Program-made: the position numbers and the translations under genes
NCBI RefSeq assembly: GCF_006345805.1
Contig: NW_021832110.1
Location: 1-33,051 of the forward strand
DNA: 33,051 nucleotides
Source of the DNA: Octopus sinensis
Lineage: Eukaryota
Direction of reading: 5' to 3'
Notes under the pieces: generated by a model
Told to the model about the DNA's origin: nothing
The model's database searches: none
The model's input: only the letters and a program-made list of their open reading frames with translations
Shown: positions 1 to 10,279 of the stretch, piece by piece
How positions within the stretch are numbered: the first letter of the stretch is position 1
Layout: each line of letters starts with the position of its first letter

Positions 1-134
1 GTTAATTTTTTTATAATTTTCATTCCCTTCGATGATAATCCCTAATTGCGGTTTGGATTTTAACTGTTCCTTCTGGCGTGCAGCAAATCCTATGACGGGT
101 ACATCCTATGTGTTTAAATGTACACTGTATTTAT

Positions 135-155
135 ATCTAACTATCTATCTATCTT

Positions 156-218
<63 letters not shown>
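135..218. repeat. (TATC)n microsatellite, 5' flank of the LINE
   Basis: Near-perfect ATCT run ending at 218, followed by unique sequence TCGACATGG. Confidence 0.95.
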
Positions 219-219
<1 letters not shown>

Positions 220-440
220 CGACATGGACGGACGCTAGTCAAATGGGCTCCACGTAAGTTGGTCATTTTGTACGTTGAAAATTGTTTATTGTGAAATATT
301 TTGTGTTTAAAAGTTGTGCAACAACATCCACTGTAAACCTTTGATAAATATCTACACAAAATTTTGCCCCTTGTGGGCAAAATTTAAAAGAAAAAATTCT
401 CATAGCCTTCGTGGTTTCATTTAGCCATTTTATTTCCAAA

Positions 441-2555
441 ATGGCCACTGGTCACCACGAGGCTGAGGTGCAAGTCAAGCGTGACGCAGAGGCAGAAAAA
501 CAGGATGCCCTGTTACCTTACGCTGAACCTGACAACTCCGCCACCATCAACATCGACAACAGCAACAAATACAAAACAAAGGTCGCAAGGCCAAGCACCG
601 TCAACACCATCAGTGAGTCCACCACCACCACCAACACCGACAACAACACCATGGCAGAATCTGCTACTAAAACTGCTATCCCTACTAAAGACGTCGCCAC
701 CAATAACAATACCAACATCACCATCACCGCCACCAAAGACCGTGCCGTCAATGCTACTAATACTACTAACACCACCGCCGTCACCAAGAACGACAATAAC
801 AACAACAACAACAACAACAACAACAACGACGACGACGACAACAACAATTCCCTTCAACCACTGCTCACTCCACCAACAAGTGAAAAAATAACGACGACAA
901 GCAAACGAAATGCCGAAATTTGCGCTAATGCAGGACTAAATTACGCAGGCAATTTTCCACCCCTTGCTAGTTGCATAATCAGTAACCACAAACCTACAAC
1001 CCACACCCCTGCCATCAACACCAACACCACCGGCAGTAACAACAATAACAAAACAACAACAAACTTCGCCGAGGCGATAAAAGAAAAGGTAACAAAAGTT
1101 TCGTTTACTACACAACAGATTAAAGATTGCAGAAACCTTATTACAAATCAAAACGGAAAAATACTCTTACACATACCTCAGCACATACTGAATGAGGAGA
1201 AAAAAAAGACAATTGTATATAAAATCACAAATAAAAAAACAAAAAGTCCAGAAAAGGCAAGCACAGACAAAGTCGAAAAGTGCTTACGCCCCATCTGGGG
1301 ATACAAGGATTGTGTGACTTGGGCGAACAAGTTCGCACACGTACAGGTGGTTTTTCAGAATGAAGAGTTGGCGAAGAAATTCTCAACGATAACCCTTCAT
1401 TCTGATGAACTAACGTTGACACCGAGTTACCTCGGCCAGAAGGTGACGAAAGTCATTATCAGTGGTGTCCCCCAAGTGACTACAACACTGTGGATTACAT
1501 CCGCCGTAACATCCGAAATGGAGGACATAAACATCCTAGATATCGGTGTTTCGGAAAACAAGGACTGGCTGGGAAAGAGAATAGAGTTCCTCTTCCACAT
1601 AAGTCAAGAGGACATAAATAAAATCCCCACCCACGTACATCTTGAGGATGGCCGCAAGTTATACGTAGTAGTCGAGGGCAGAAGGCCACGATGCTATACA
1701 TGTGGCAGTGAGGCACACCTCAAAAAGGAGTGCAAATCTGCCGCAAAATTACAACAACAACAACAGCCACAGGAAAAATCACAAAAGCCAGGATTATTGC
1801 CCACACCACAATATGGACAGCTAGTCAAGAAGCTGTATGCGGAAATGCAGGAAAAACAACAAAGAACAAGCCAACCCAACCAAACAACACCAACACCAGC
1901 GCCAAGAACAGAATCATCACCACCAACAACAAATAAACCAATTCCAACACCAAGAATAACAACGAAGAAGACAAGCACCAAGGATGTAGGAGAGACAATA
2001 ACCACAACAAACCCCCCAGCAACACCCTCCCCGCGCACCACAACAATATCTACAACCGCACAAATACACCCAGACGCTTTACCCTTGCCCCCTGCTGATT
2101 CGTCAGACTTTTCATCTAACGATGAAAGTTCGACAGAATGGCAAATAGCCACAGGGGGTAAAAGAAAAAGATCAAGAAAAACCAAACAAGAAATCGCAAC
2201 CAAAGCAGGGAGATACCTGAACCCTGAAAACTCCATACACAACAAAACAAGCACCAACACCACAAAAACAATGCTATCAGCGATAGACACAAAAGACTCC
2301 AAACTAATGGAGTACATCACAGGATACACAAACATTTGTGAAGATGACTTTAAAAATAGCAATCATCCACGCACTACACCACCCAAACACATCAAAATAC
2401 TACACATCACACAAACACAACACCACAAACTCAAAGCCCTCTTCCCAAATGCTGTAGGGGGTTTCCAGAAATATCTGTCCCAAAAACTATATAGAAACCT
2501 CCTCGAAGACACATCAAAGAACGAGGAAGCCAAAACTTTCGACACAAGTAAGTAA
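441..2555 (+). CDS. LINE ORF1, gag-like nucleic-acid-binding protein
   Basis: Open frame 411-2555, first in-frame ATG at 441. Zinc knuckle CYTCGSEAHLKKEC (1692-1733), a possible RRM-like segment upstream, low-complexity Asn/Thr and Pro/Thr tails, basic KRKRSRK motif. Confidence 0.85.
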   Translation: MATGHHEAEVQVKRDAEAEKQDALLPYAEPDNSATINIDNSNKYKTKVARPSTVNTISESTTTTNTDNNTMAESATKTAIPTKDVATNNNTNITITATKDRAVNATNTTNTTAVTKNDNNNNNNNNNNNDDDDNNNSLQPLLTPPTSEKITTTSKRNAEICANAGLNYAGNFPPLASCIISNHKPTTHTPAINTNTTGSNNNNKTTTNFAEAIKEKVTKVSFTTQQIKDCRNLITNQNGKILLHIPQHILNEEKKKTIVYKITNKKTKSPEKASTDKVEKCLRPIWGYKDCVTWANKFAHVQVVFQNEELAKKFSTITLHSDELTLTPSYLGQKVTKVIISGVPQVTTTLWITSAVTSEMEDINILDIGVSENKDWLGKRIEFLFHISQEDINKIPTHVHLEDGRKLYVVVEGRRPRCYTCGSEAHLKKECKSAAKLQQQQQPQEKSQKPGLLPTPQYGQLVKKLYAEMQEKQQRTSQPNQTTPTPAPRTESSPPTTNKPIPTPRITTKKTSTKDVGETITTTNPPATPSPRTTTISTTAQIHPDALPLPPADSSDFSSNDESSTEWQIATGGKRKRSRKTKQEIATKAGRYLNPENSIHNKTSTNTTKTMLSAIDTKDSKLMEYITGYTNICEDDFKNSNHPRTTPPKHIKILHITQTQHHKLKALFPNAVGGFQKYLSQKLYRNLLEDTSKNEEAKTFDTSK

Positions 2556-2605
2556 CTCTCTGTACTTTCATTTGTGTGTTTTAAAGCACACACCCCAATA
2601 GAATC

Positions 2606-5600
2606 ATGGTCAAGATTGGTTGTGTGAATGCGCGTGGCTTGGGGTATCCTTGGAAACAAGGATACCTCCTAAATGACATCAAGTCACATGATTTGGGAAT
2701 CATAGCCATAAGTGAGACCAGACTCCACGAGCCACGGGCCCTAAAGTCCATGTTTGGCGGACAGTTTAACATTTATTTCGCTCCTTGTCTGCCGAGGATG
2801 GGCGGTAGTGGCACCGCGGTACTTTTTCACAAGAGCCTGGATCTCGAAGTCAAGACGATATTCATAGACCCGGAGGGTAGACTGATCGTTCTGGATGTTG
2901 ACGGCAGCAATGGGTGCGCTTTTCGACTCGTATCAGTCTACGCACCGCCCTTAACAGGTCGGGCGGATTTCTTTCGACGTCTAGAAGTATTCTTGGGAAC
3001 GTCTCGTCCTTTACTCTTAGTGGGGGATTGGAATGCTACCTTGGACACGCATGTAGACTACGTGGGTAGAGACAGAAACAGAAGGGGATGCAAATGCCTC
3101 AGAGACCTGCTCAGACGATTCCAACTGTCTGACAGGTACCGACTCGACCACCCAAATGCACCAACGTGGACATGGAGCAACCGCAGTGGGTCGTCGAGAT
3201 CGTATCTAGATAGGATACTGTGTAGGACAGTAGACAAGGATAACTTAGGATGTCCACAATTCCACACAGTCAGCTACACGGATCACAAATTGGTGACGTG
3301 TACGCTAGACTTAGATAAGACACATAGACAGGGTCCTGGGTACTGGAAACTGAACGCATCATTCCCGTCCAGACAAGTTTTCAGAGACCGGATTAGCACA
3401 CTAGTAAAGAGGGCTTTGACGGGAGCCATCATCAACAACAAATGGTGGTTTGCCCTCAAGAGAGCAGTAAAAGCAGAAGCGATTAGGTACAGCAAAGCAC
3501 TAGCCATAGATAGAAATAGAGTAGAGGGTGAGCTAGTTAAGAAGCTAGAAGAGGCAATTAGAAGCGGCATCGCATCCGACGTTTTGGCGGCGAGGTTGGC
3601 CCTCGACCAACACTTCAACGCCAAACACGAAGGATGTGATGTCAGAGCTAGGATGCGTGCTCTAAGGAACGAAGGTGTTGGAGCCGCGAGAGAGGCCCGG
3701 GTGGCAGAGGCGCAACAGGGCAACAAAGCCACCATTCGGTCACTGGTAGATGAACAGGGGCGCGAATTGCTCGAGCCAAGTAAAATGTGTGAGGCCTTTC
3801 AGCAGCATTTTGCCCGACTGTTCGGGACGAGTGGAGGGCAAGAACGTAGGGTAGACTTCAGTGCCTACCTACATAGCCTGCCACGACTCTCGACAAGAAA
3901 GGCAGGGTGCTGCGAAGGTGCCATCACGGCGGCGGAAGTGCGGGAAGCGATGGCAGAATGCTCGAGGGACAAATCACCGGGTTTGGATGGTCTACCCTAC
4001 GAATTTTACTATTGTATGCCAGACTTGTTTGGAGACGTCTTGGCAGCGGTATACTGCAACTGGCAGCAAAACGGGAGCATACCCGGTTTTGTGAGTCGAG
4101 GAGCTGTAACGCTGCTGAAGAAAGATCCAAACAAGGGAAACATTATAGATAACTTTAGGCCAATCACTCTGCTCAATGCAGACCTGAAAATTTTGACAAA
4201 GGTGTTAGCCAAGAGGTTGGCGCTTGTCATGGAGAAACTGGTCGACAACGCACAAACGTGCGCCGTGCCGGGCCGGAGCATCCATGACAACCTCCATCTG
4301 ATGCGCTACATCATAGACAGGGTAGTTAACGAACCTGGCATGGGTGGGGCCCGGATCAACTTGGATCAATCGAAAGCCTTTGATAGGGTAGACCATCGAT
4401 ACTTGGAGGCAGTCCTGAGAGCGGCTGGTTTCGGTCCCGTCTTCCGCGGCTGGATAGCTGCCTTGTACAGGGGCATCCGTTCGGTAATTCGCGTAAATGT
4501 ACATCTATCGAGACCCTTCGACATTGCACGTTCGGTCCGTCAGGGATGCCCCCTCTCGGCGCTTCTATACGTATTGACTCTTGAGCCACTACTGCGGAAG
4601 CTGGCGACTCTGAGGGGCATCCCGCGAGAATTAGGATGCGGGATGAGCGTGTCTGCATACGCGGACGACGTCACCGTCATAGTGTCAAGCCACGAGCACA
4701 TCGAGCGGGTCGGCGAGACACTGAAAGACTACGAAGCGGTGACAGGAGCAAAAATCAACCGGGAAAAGTCAGTGGGCTTGCGGCTCGGCACCTGGAGAAG
4801 CAAGCCCATGCCGTCCACCAGTACCTCCGTCGTGGGACGCTGGACAGACGGCCCGGTTGAGTTTCTCGGGGTCTGGTTCGGTCCGGACCTCCAAATGGAG
4901 AAGAACTGGAACGAGATAACGAGTAGGGTGGTCACTCTCGCCCAGCAATGGGCCGAGAGGAAACTGTCCCTAAAAGGTCGGGCGGAGGTGGTGAACGCGT
5001 ACATCGCGTCCATCATCTACTACCGCCTGACCGTCGTACCTTGTCCCGACCCTACCATCACCAAACTAGAAAGCATCCTCTTCCGCTTCTTGTGGAAAGG
5101 ATGCGTCCCGATGGTCAGGCGATCCATTTGCTGTCAACACCCGTTAAAAGGAGGGCTGGGCATGCCGTGGTTGATGATGCGCAGACACGCGCTGAGACTG
5201 CGACATCTCCGGCTCTATGTAGACGACGGTGAACAGGTGTGGTCGCCGTTTGTGAGGCACGCATTCCCGCAACTCGTCTCCATGACCGAACTACAGTCGT
5301 GGATCAAAAAGAGGCCGAAGAAGGGCGAATGGCACCGCGAGTGTCGCGTTGCTCTCAAGCAACTCTGCCGTCCCGGGTCGACCTTGAGTGACTTCAACAC
5401 AACCAAAGCATTCTATAGGGGATTAGTGGAGGGGAGGTACGACGACGAGCTCGGGGCAAACCTGGGCGTCGACGAGGAATACCTGACCCGCCTGTTTCAA
5501 ACGACTTTCGGCCCGGGACCTATGGACAACTTCCAGAGATCCCTGGCCTGGCGGTGCTACCGAGAAGCGCTACCCGTTCGGGATAAGCTCTATAGGCATG

Positions 5601-6043
5601 GCTCGAGAAACACGGGGCCGACCTGCCCGAGATGCGGGCAGAACGACGAAACCGCTCTGCACGCAATCGTGCAGTGTCCAGCAATTTCCCACCTGTGGGC
5701 TTATGTCGAACAACTGCTGTCACGTGTGGGACGTGTCGGTTTATCAGCCGAGTCTATCGTTAATATCGTCACGCCTCCTTCCTTCAAACGGGAAGGAAGA
5801 GCTATTTTTATCATACTTGTGGCTATGGCGAAAGAATGTATCTGGTGGACGCGTCTGAAAGGATTAGAGACAAACACTTTCCTCTCTGGTCAATCTCTCA
5901 TCAACTTCTTCAAGTATCACTTGAAGAAAAAAGTGAGAGTAGAGAGGCAAGTTTTGTCTAGTGAATGTTTTAAAAAAAGATGGGTGAATGTAGCAAGGAT
6001 GGCACGTATGAATGACGAAGCCACCTTGACTATGATTCTATGA
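2606..6043 (+). CDS. LINE ORF2: APE endonuclease, reverse transcriptase and zinc-binding C-terminus (1145 aa)
   Basis: APE motifs NARGL, SETR, GDWN, YLDRI, TDHK; RT motifs PGLDGLP, FRPITLLNADLKI, DQSKAFDRV, QGCPLS, AYADD; C-terminal CPRCGQNDETALHAIVQC. No stops or frameshifts. Confidence 0.97.
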   Translation: MVKIGCVNARGLGYPWKQGYLLNDIKSHDLGIIAISETRLHEPRALKSMFGGQFNIYFAPCLPRMGGSGTAVLFHKSLDLEVKTIFIDPEGRLIVLDVDGSNGCAFRLVSVYAPPLTGRADFFRRLEVFLGTSRPLLLVGDWNATLDTHVDYVGRDRNRRGCKCLRDLLRRFQLSDRYRLDHPNAPTWTWSNRSGSSRSYLDRILCRTVDKDNLGCPQFHTVSYTDHKLVTCTLDLDKTHRQGPGYWKLNASFPSRQVFRDRISTLVKRALTGAIINNKWWFALKRAVKAEAIRYSKALAIDRNRVEGELVKKLEEAIRSGIASDVLAARLALDQHFNAKHEGCDVRARMRALRNEGVGAAREARVAEAQQGNKATIRSLVDEQGRELLEPSKMCEAFQQHFARLFGTSGGQERRVDFSAYLHSLPRLSTRKAGCCEGAITAAEVREAMAECSRDKSPGLDGLPYEFYYCMPDLFGDVLAAVYCNWQQNGSIPGFVSRGAVTLLKKDPNKGNIIDNFRPITLLNADLKILTKVLAKRLALVMEKLVDNAQTCAVPGRSIHDNLHLMRYIIDRVVNEPGMGGARINLDQSKAFDRVDHRYLEAVLRAAGFGPVFRGWIAALYRGIRSVIRVNVHLSRPFDIARSVRQGCPLSALLYVLTLEPLLRKLATLRGIPRELGCGMSVSAYADDVTVIVSSHEHIERVGETLKDYEAVTGAKINREKSVGLRLGTWRSKPMPSTSTSVVGRWTDGPVEFLGVWFGPDLQMEKNWNEITSRVVTLAQQWAERKLSLKGRAEVVNAYIASIIYYRLTVVPCPDPTITKLESILFRFLWKGCVPMVRRSICCQHPLKGGLGMPWLMMRRHALRLRHLRLYVDDGEQVWSPFVRHAFPQLVSMTELQSWIKKRPKKGEWHRECRVALKQLCRPGSTLSDFNTTKAFYRGLVEGRYDDELGANLGVDEEYLTRLFQTTFGPGPMDNFQRSLAWRCYREALPVRDKLYRHGSRNTGPTCPRCGQNDETALHAIVQCPAISHLWAYVEQLLSRVGRVGLSAESIVNIVTPPSFKREGRAIFIILVAMAKECIWWTRLKGLETNTFLSGQSLINFFKYHLKKKVRVERQVLSSECFKKRWVNVARMARMNDEATLTMIL

Positions 6044-6462
6044 ACCGTAAAAATTAATACAGAGAGTTGCTTATTTGCAAAAAAAAAAAGAAATATAACA
6101 TGTGACTTCATTGACCGAGGTTACCGTGGTCTTTTCCGTAGGCTTTTCTTTCCACGGGTAAACCTCACCTGTCCTCCCCTTTACACTTCATATTGACATT
6201 TCTGTGATAACGATCCATATTGATCAATTTTTTCCTCCCCCCCTTTTTTTTAACCCCCCCCTTTTTTTGTCCTCTTTCTCTCCTTTTACGATCCCTTTTG
6301 ATCGACCCCCCCTTTTTTTTTAAATTTTATTTTTTATTTTATTATTATTATTATTATTATATTATTATTATTTTTTTTTTTTTTTTTAAACCTTCAAAAG
6401 AAAAGCTCTACCTTGTAATTTGTTCTATCTGTGTGCAGCCCTGTGTGGCTAATAAAGAAACA

Positions 6463-6475
6463 TATCTATCTATCA

Positions 6476-6516
<41 letters not shown>

Positions 6517-6521
6517 CCTAC

Positions 6522-6567
<46 letters not shown>
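6463..6567. repeat. (TATC)n microsatellite, 3' flank of the LINE
   Basis: TATC run starting immediately after AATAAAGAAACA, in the same orientation as the 5' run. Confidence 0.95.
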
Positions 6568-6569
<2 letters not shown>

Positions 6570-6957
6570 ACACATGTATATACATAGTTGAAGTTTACAG
6601 AAAAATAAAAGACGAAAGATATATGAACAAGGTGTGTATTAGTTTGACACTCCGGAAAGTGTGAAAGGGCTTTAAGTTTCGAGCCTACGATCTTCAAAAG
6701 TAAAGAAAATGAGGAAATCACAGAAGTTCAAAAAGGATTAAATGTTCTAGTGTATTGGAGGGATATTTCATTAAAAGATGAGTCCCGTGAGATCCATAAG
6801 TATATCCAGTGGCAGTCGGGTAGAGTGCAGATATGTAGAATCGGAGAGGTGCAGAAAGATCAGGCAGTAGTAAGTCCAATATGTAGGTATATAAAGCAGG
6901 ATAAAACAGGTGCGACCACTTGAGCTGACAATACATTCATATATATATATATATATA

Positions 6958-9900
6958 AATTTATATATAGAGGGCATTATACATACATGCCAGGAGGCAT
7001 TCTACATACACGCCATACGCTAAGAGGGACAATCAGTCATTTCTACCAAAAATATTACTAATCCCACCGAATGCAATTTTTCAAAGAAAAGACATTTAAA
7101 ATATATAGACCTGTATCACAGTGATTTCATACTTACGTAATCATCAGCAGGCCTGAATATACTATAAATAAACAACGACCCCGCTTCGCTTAAGCCGATC
7201 AGCTAACTGATCAACATCAACGAGGCACATGGTTGAGTTTATATATACTATATCCGGATGAATGGCAAACTTTTACGAATTGCATTTCGGGAGAGGAAAG
7301 TTTTTTCGGATAAAAATTTAGCAATTAAGGACAACTACTTAATAAGGAAAACTTAACAAGAAATTGTCAGGTAGATAGCGTAAAAAACTCATAAGAGAAA
7401 AAATTTCGAAAATAATTATTTCTTATTGAACATATTAATTTATATATAGAGGGCATTATACATACATGCCAGGAGGCATTCTACATACACGCCATACGCT
7501 AAGAGGGACAATCAGTCATTTCTACTACAAAAATATTACTAATCCCACCGAATGCAATTTTTCAAAGAAAGACATTTAAAAATATATAGACCTGTATCAC
7601 AGTGATTTCATACTTACGTAATCATCAGCAGGCCTGAATATACTATAAATAAACAACGACCCCGCTTCGCTTAAGCCGATCAGCTAACTGATCAACATCA
7701 ACGAGGCACATGGTTGAGTTTATATATACTATATCCGGATGAATGGCAAACTTTTACGAATTGCATTTCGGGAGAGGAAAAGTTTTTTCGGAATAAAAAT
7801 TTAGCATTAAGGACAACTACTTAATAAGGAAAACTTAACAAGAAATTGTCAGGTAGATAGCGTAAAAACCTCATAAGAGAAAAAATTTCGAAAATAATTA
7901 TTTCTTATTGAACATATTAATTTATATATAGAGGGCATTATACATACATGCCAGGAGGCATTCTACATACACGCCATACGCTAAGAGGGACAATCAGTCA
8001 TTTCTACCAAAAATATTACTAATCCCACCGAATGCAATTTTTCAAAGAAAGACATTTAAAAATATATAGACCTGTATCACAGTGATTTCATACTTACGTA
8101 ATCATCAGCAGGCCTGAATATACTATAAATAAACAACGACCCCGCCTTCGCTTAAGCCGATCAGCTAACTGATCAACATCAACGAGGCACATGGTTGAGT
8201 TTATATATACTATATCCGGATGAATGGCAAACTTTTACGAATTGCATTTCGGGAGAGGAAAAGTTTTTTCGGAATAAATTTAGCAATTAAGGACAACTAC
8301 TTAATAAGGAAAACTTAACAAGAAATTGTCAGGTAGATAGCGTAAAAACTCATAAGAGAAAAAATTTCGAAAATAATTATTTCTTATTGAACATATTAAT
8401 TTATATATAGAGGGCATTATACATACATGCCAGGAGGCATTCTACATACACGCCATACGCTAAGAGGGACAATCAGTCATTTCTACCAAAAATATTACTA
8501 ATCACCGAATGCAATTTTTCAAAGAAAGACATTTAAAATATATAGACCTGTATCACAGTGATTTCATACTTACGTAATCATCAGCAGGCCTGAATATACT
8601 ATAAATAAACAACGACCCCGCTTCGCTTAAGCCGATCAGCTAACTGATCAACATCAACGAGGCACATGGTTGAGTTTATATATACTATATCCGGATGAAT
8701 GGCAAACTTTTACGAATTGCATTTCGGGAGAGGAAAAGTTTTTTCGGAATAAAAATTAGCAATTAAGGACAACTACTTAATAAGGAAAACTTAACAAGAA
8801 ATTGTCAGGTAGATAGCGTAAAAACCTCATAAGAGAAAAAATTTCGAAAATAATTATTTCTTATTGAACATATTAATTTATATATAGAGGGCATTATACA
8901 TACATGCCAGGAGGCATTCTACATACACGCCATACGCTAAGAGGGACAATCAGTCATTTCTACCAAAATATTACTAATCCCACCGAATGCAATTTTTCAA
9001 AGAAAGACATTTAAAAATATATAGACCTGTATCACAGTGATTTCATACTTACGTAATCATCAGCAGGCCTGAATATACTATAAATAAACAACGACCCCGC
9101 TTCGCTTAAGCCGATCAGCTAACTGATCAACATCAACGAGGCACATGGTTGAGTTTATATATACTATATCCGGATGAATGGCAAACTTTTACGAATTGCA
9201 TTTCGGGAGAGGAAAAGTTTTTTCGGAATAAAAATTTAGCAATTAAGGACAACTACTTATAAGGAAACTTAACAAGAAATTGTCAGGTAGATAGCGTAAA
9301 AACCTCATAAGAGAAAGAATTTCGAAAATAATTATTTCTTATTGAACATATTAATTATATATAGAGGGCATTATACATACTGCCAGGAGGCATTCTACAT
9401 ACACGCCATACGCTAAGAGGGACAATCAGTCATTTCTACCAAAAATATTACTAATCCCACCGAATGCATTTTTCAAAGAAAGACATTTAAAAATATATAG
9501 ACCTGTATCACAGTGATTTCATACTTACGTAATCATCAGCAGGCCTGAATACTATAAATAAACAACGACCCCGACGCTTCGCTTAAGCCGATCACTAACT
9601 GATCAACATCAACGAGGCACATGGTTAGTTTATATATACTATATCCGATGAATGGCAAACTTTTACGAATTGCATTTCGGGAGAGGAAAAGTTTTTTCGG
9701 AATAAAAATTTAGCAATTAAGGACAACTACTTAATAAGGAAAACTTAACAAGAAATTGTCGGTAGATAGCGTAAAAACCTCATAAGAAAAAAATTTCGAA
9801 AATAATTATTTCTTATTGAACATATTAATTTATATATAGAGGGCATTATACATACATGCCAGGAGGCATTCTACATACACGCCATACGCTAAGAGGGACA

Positions 9901-10279
9901 ATCAGTCATTTCTACCAAAAATATTACTAATCCCACCGAATGCAATTTTTCAAAGAAGACATTTAAAAATAATAGACCTGTATCACAGTGATTTCATACT
10001 TACGTAATCATCAGCAGCCTGAATATACTAATAAAACAAACGACCCCGCCCTTCGCTTAAGCCGATCAGCTAACTGATCAACATCAACGAGGCACATGGT
10101 TGAGTTTATATATACTATATCCGGATGAATGGCAAACTTTTACGAATTGCATTTCGGGAGAGGAAAAGTTTTTTCGGAATAAAAATTTAGCAATTAAGGA
10201 CAACTACTTAATAAGGAAAACTTAACAAGAAATTGTCAGGTAGATAGCGTAAAAACCTCATAAGAGAAAAAATTTCGAA
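6958..10279 (-). repeat. Left arm of ~481-bp tandem array (about 6.9 units), hammerhead-sense on the minus strand
   Basis: Unit AATTTATATATAGAGGGCATT... recurs about every 475-481 bp; no ORF of 60 aa or more in the ORF track; copies differ mostly by 1-nt indels. Confidence 0.95.
7107..7154 (-). ncRNA. Type I hammerhead ribozyme motif; further minus-strand copies at 7588-7635, 8068-8115, 8544-8591, 9023-9070, 9499-9546 and 9974-10020
   Basis: Reverse complement of the plus-strand motif; identical in six copies, with one G missing from stem I in the 9974-10020 copy. Confidence 0.83.

Larger units (their letters stand above)
219..6462 (+). mobile_element. Full-length non-LTR retrotransposon, L1/Tx1-like, with two intact ORFs
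   Basis: 5' UTR, ORF1 with CCHC knuckle, 50-bp spacer, ORF2 (APE endonuclease, RT, C-terminal Cys/His motif), ~420-bp 3' UTR ending AATAAAGAAACA (6451-6462); (TATC)n on both sides. Confidence 0.9.

Noticed and set aside
481-2362. Overlapping and antisense ORFs over LINE ORF1 (e.g. 513-857, 518-847, 1694-2362)
   Set aside because: Shadow frames produced by the A/C skew and trinucleotide repeats; poly-Val/Leu products with no motifs.
6078-6089. A-run just after the ORF2 stop as the LINE poly(A) end
   Set aside because: The sequence continues about 370 bp to an AATAAA directly abutting the TATC flank, which is a better 3' end.
6665-6705. Possible hammerhead relic on the minus strand (TTTGAAGATCGTAGGCTCGAAACTTA)
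   Set aside because: The core and stem II are too degenerate to call with confidence.
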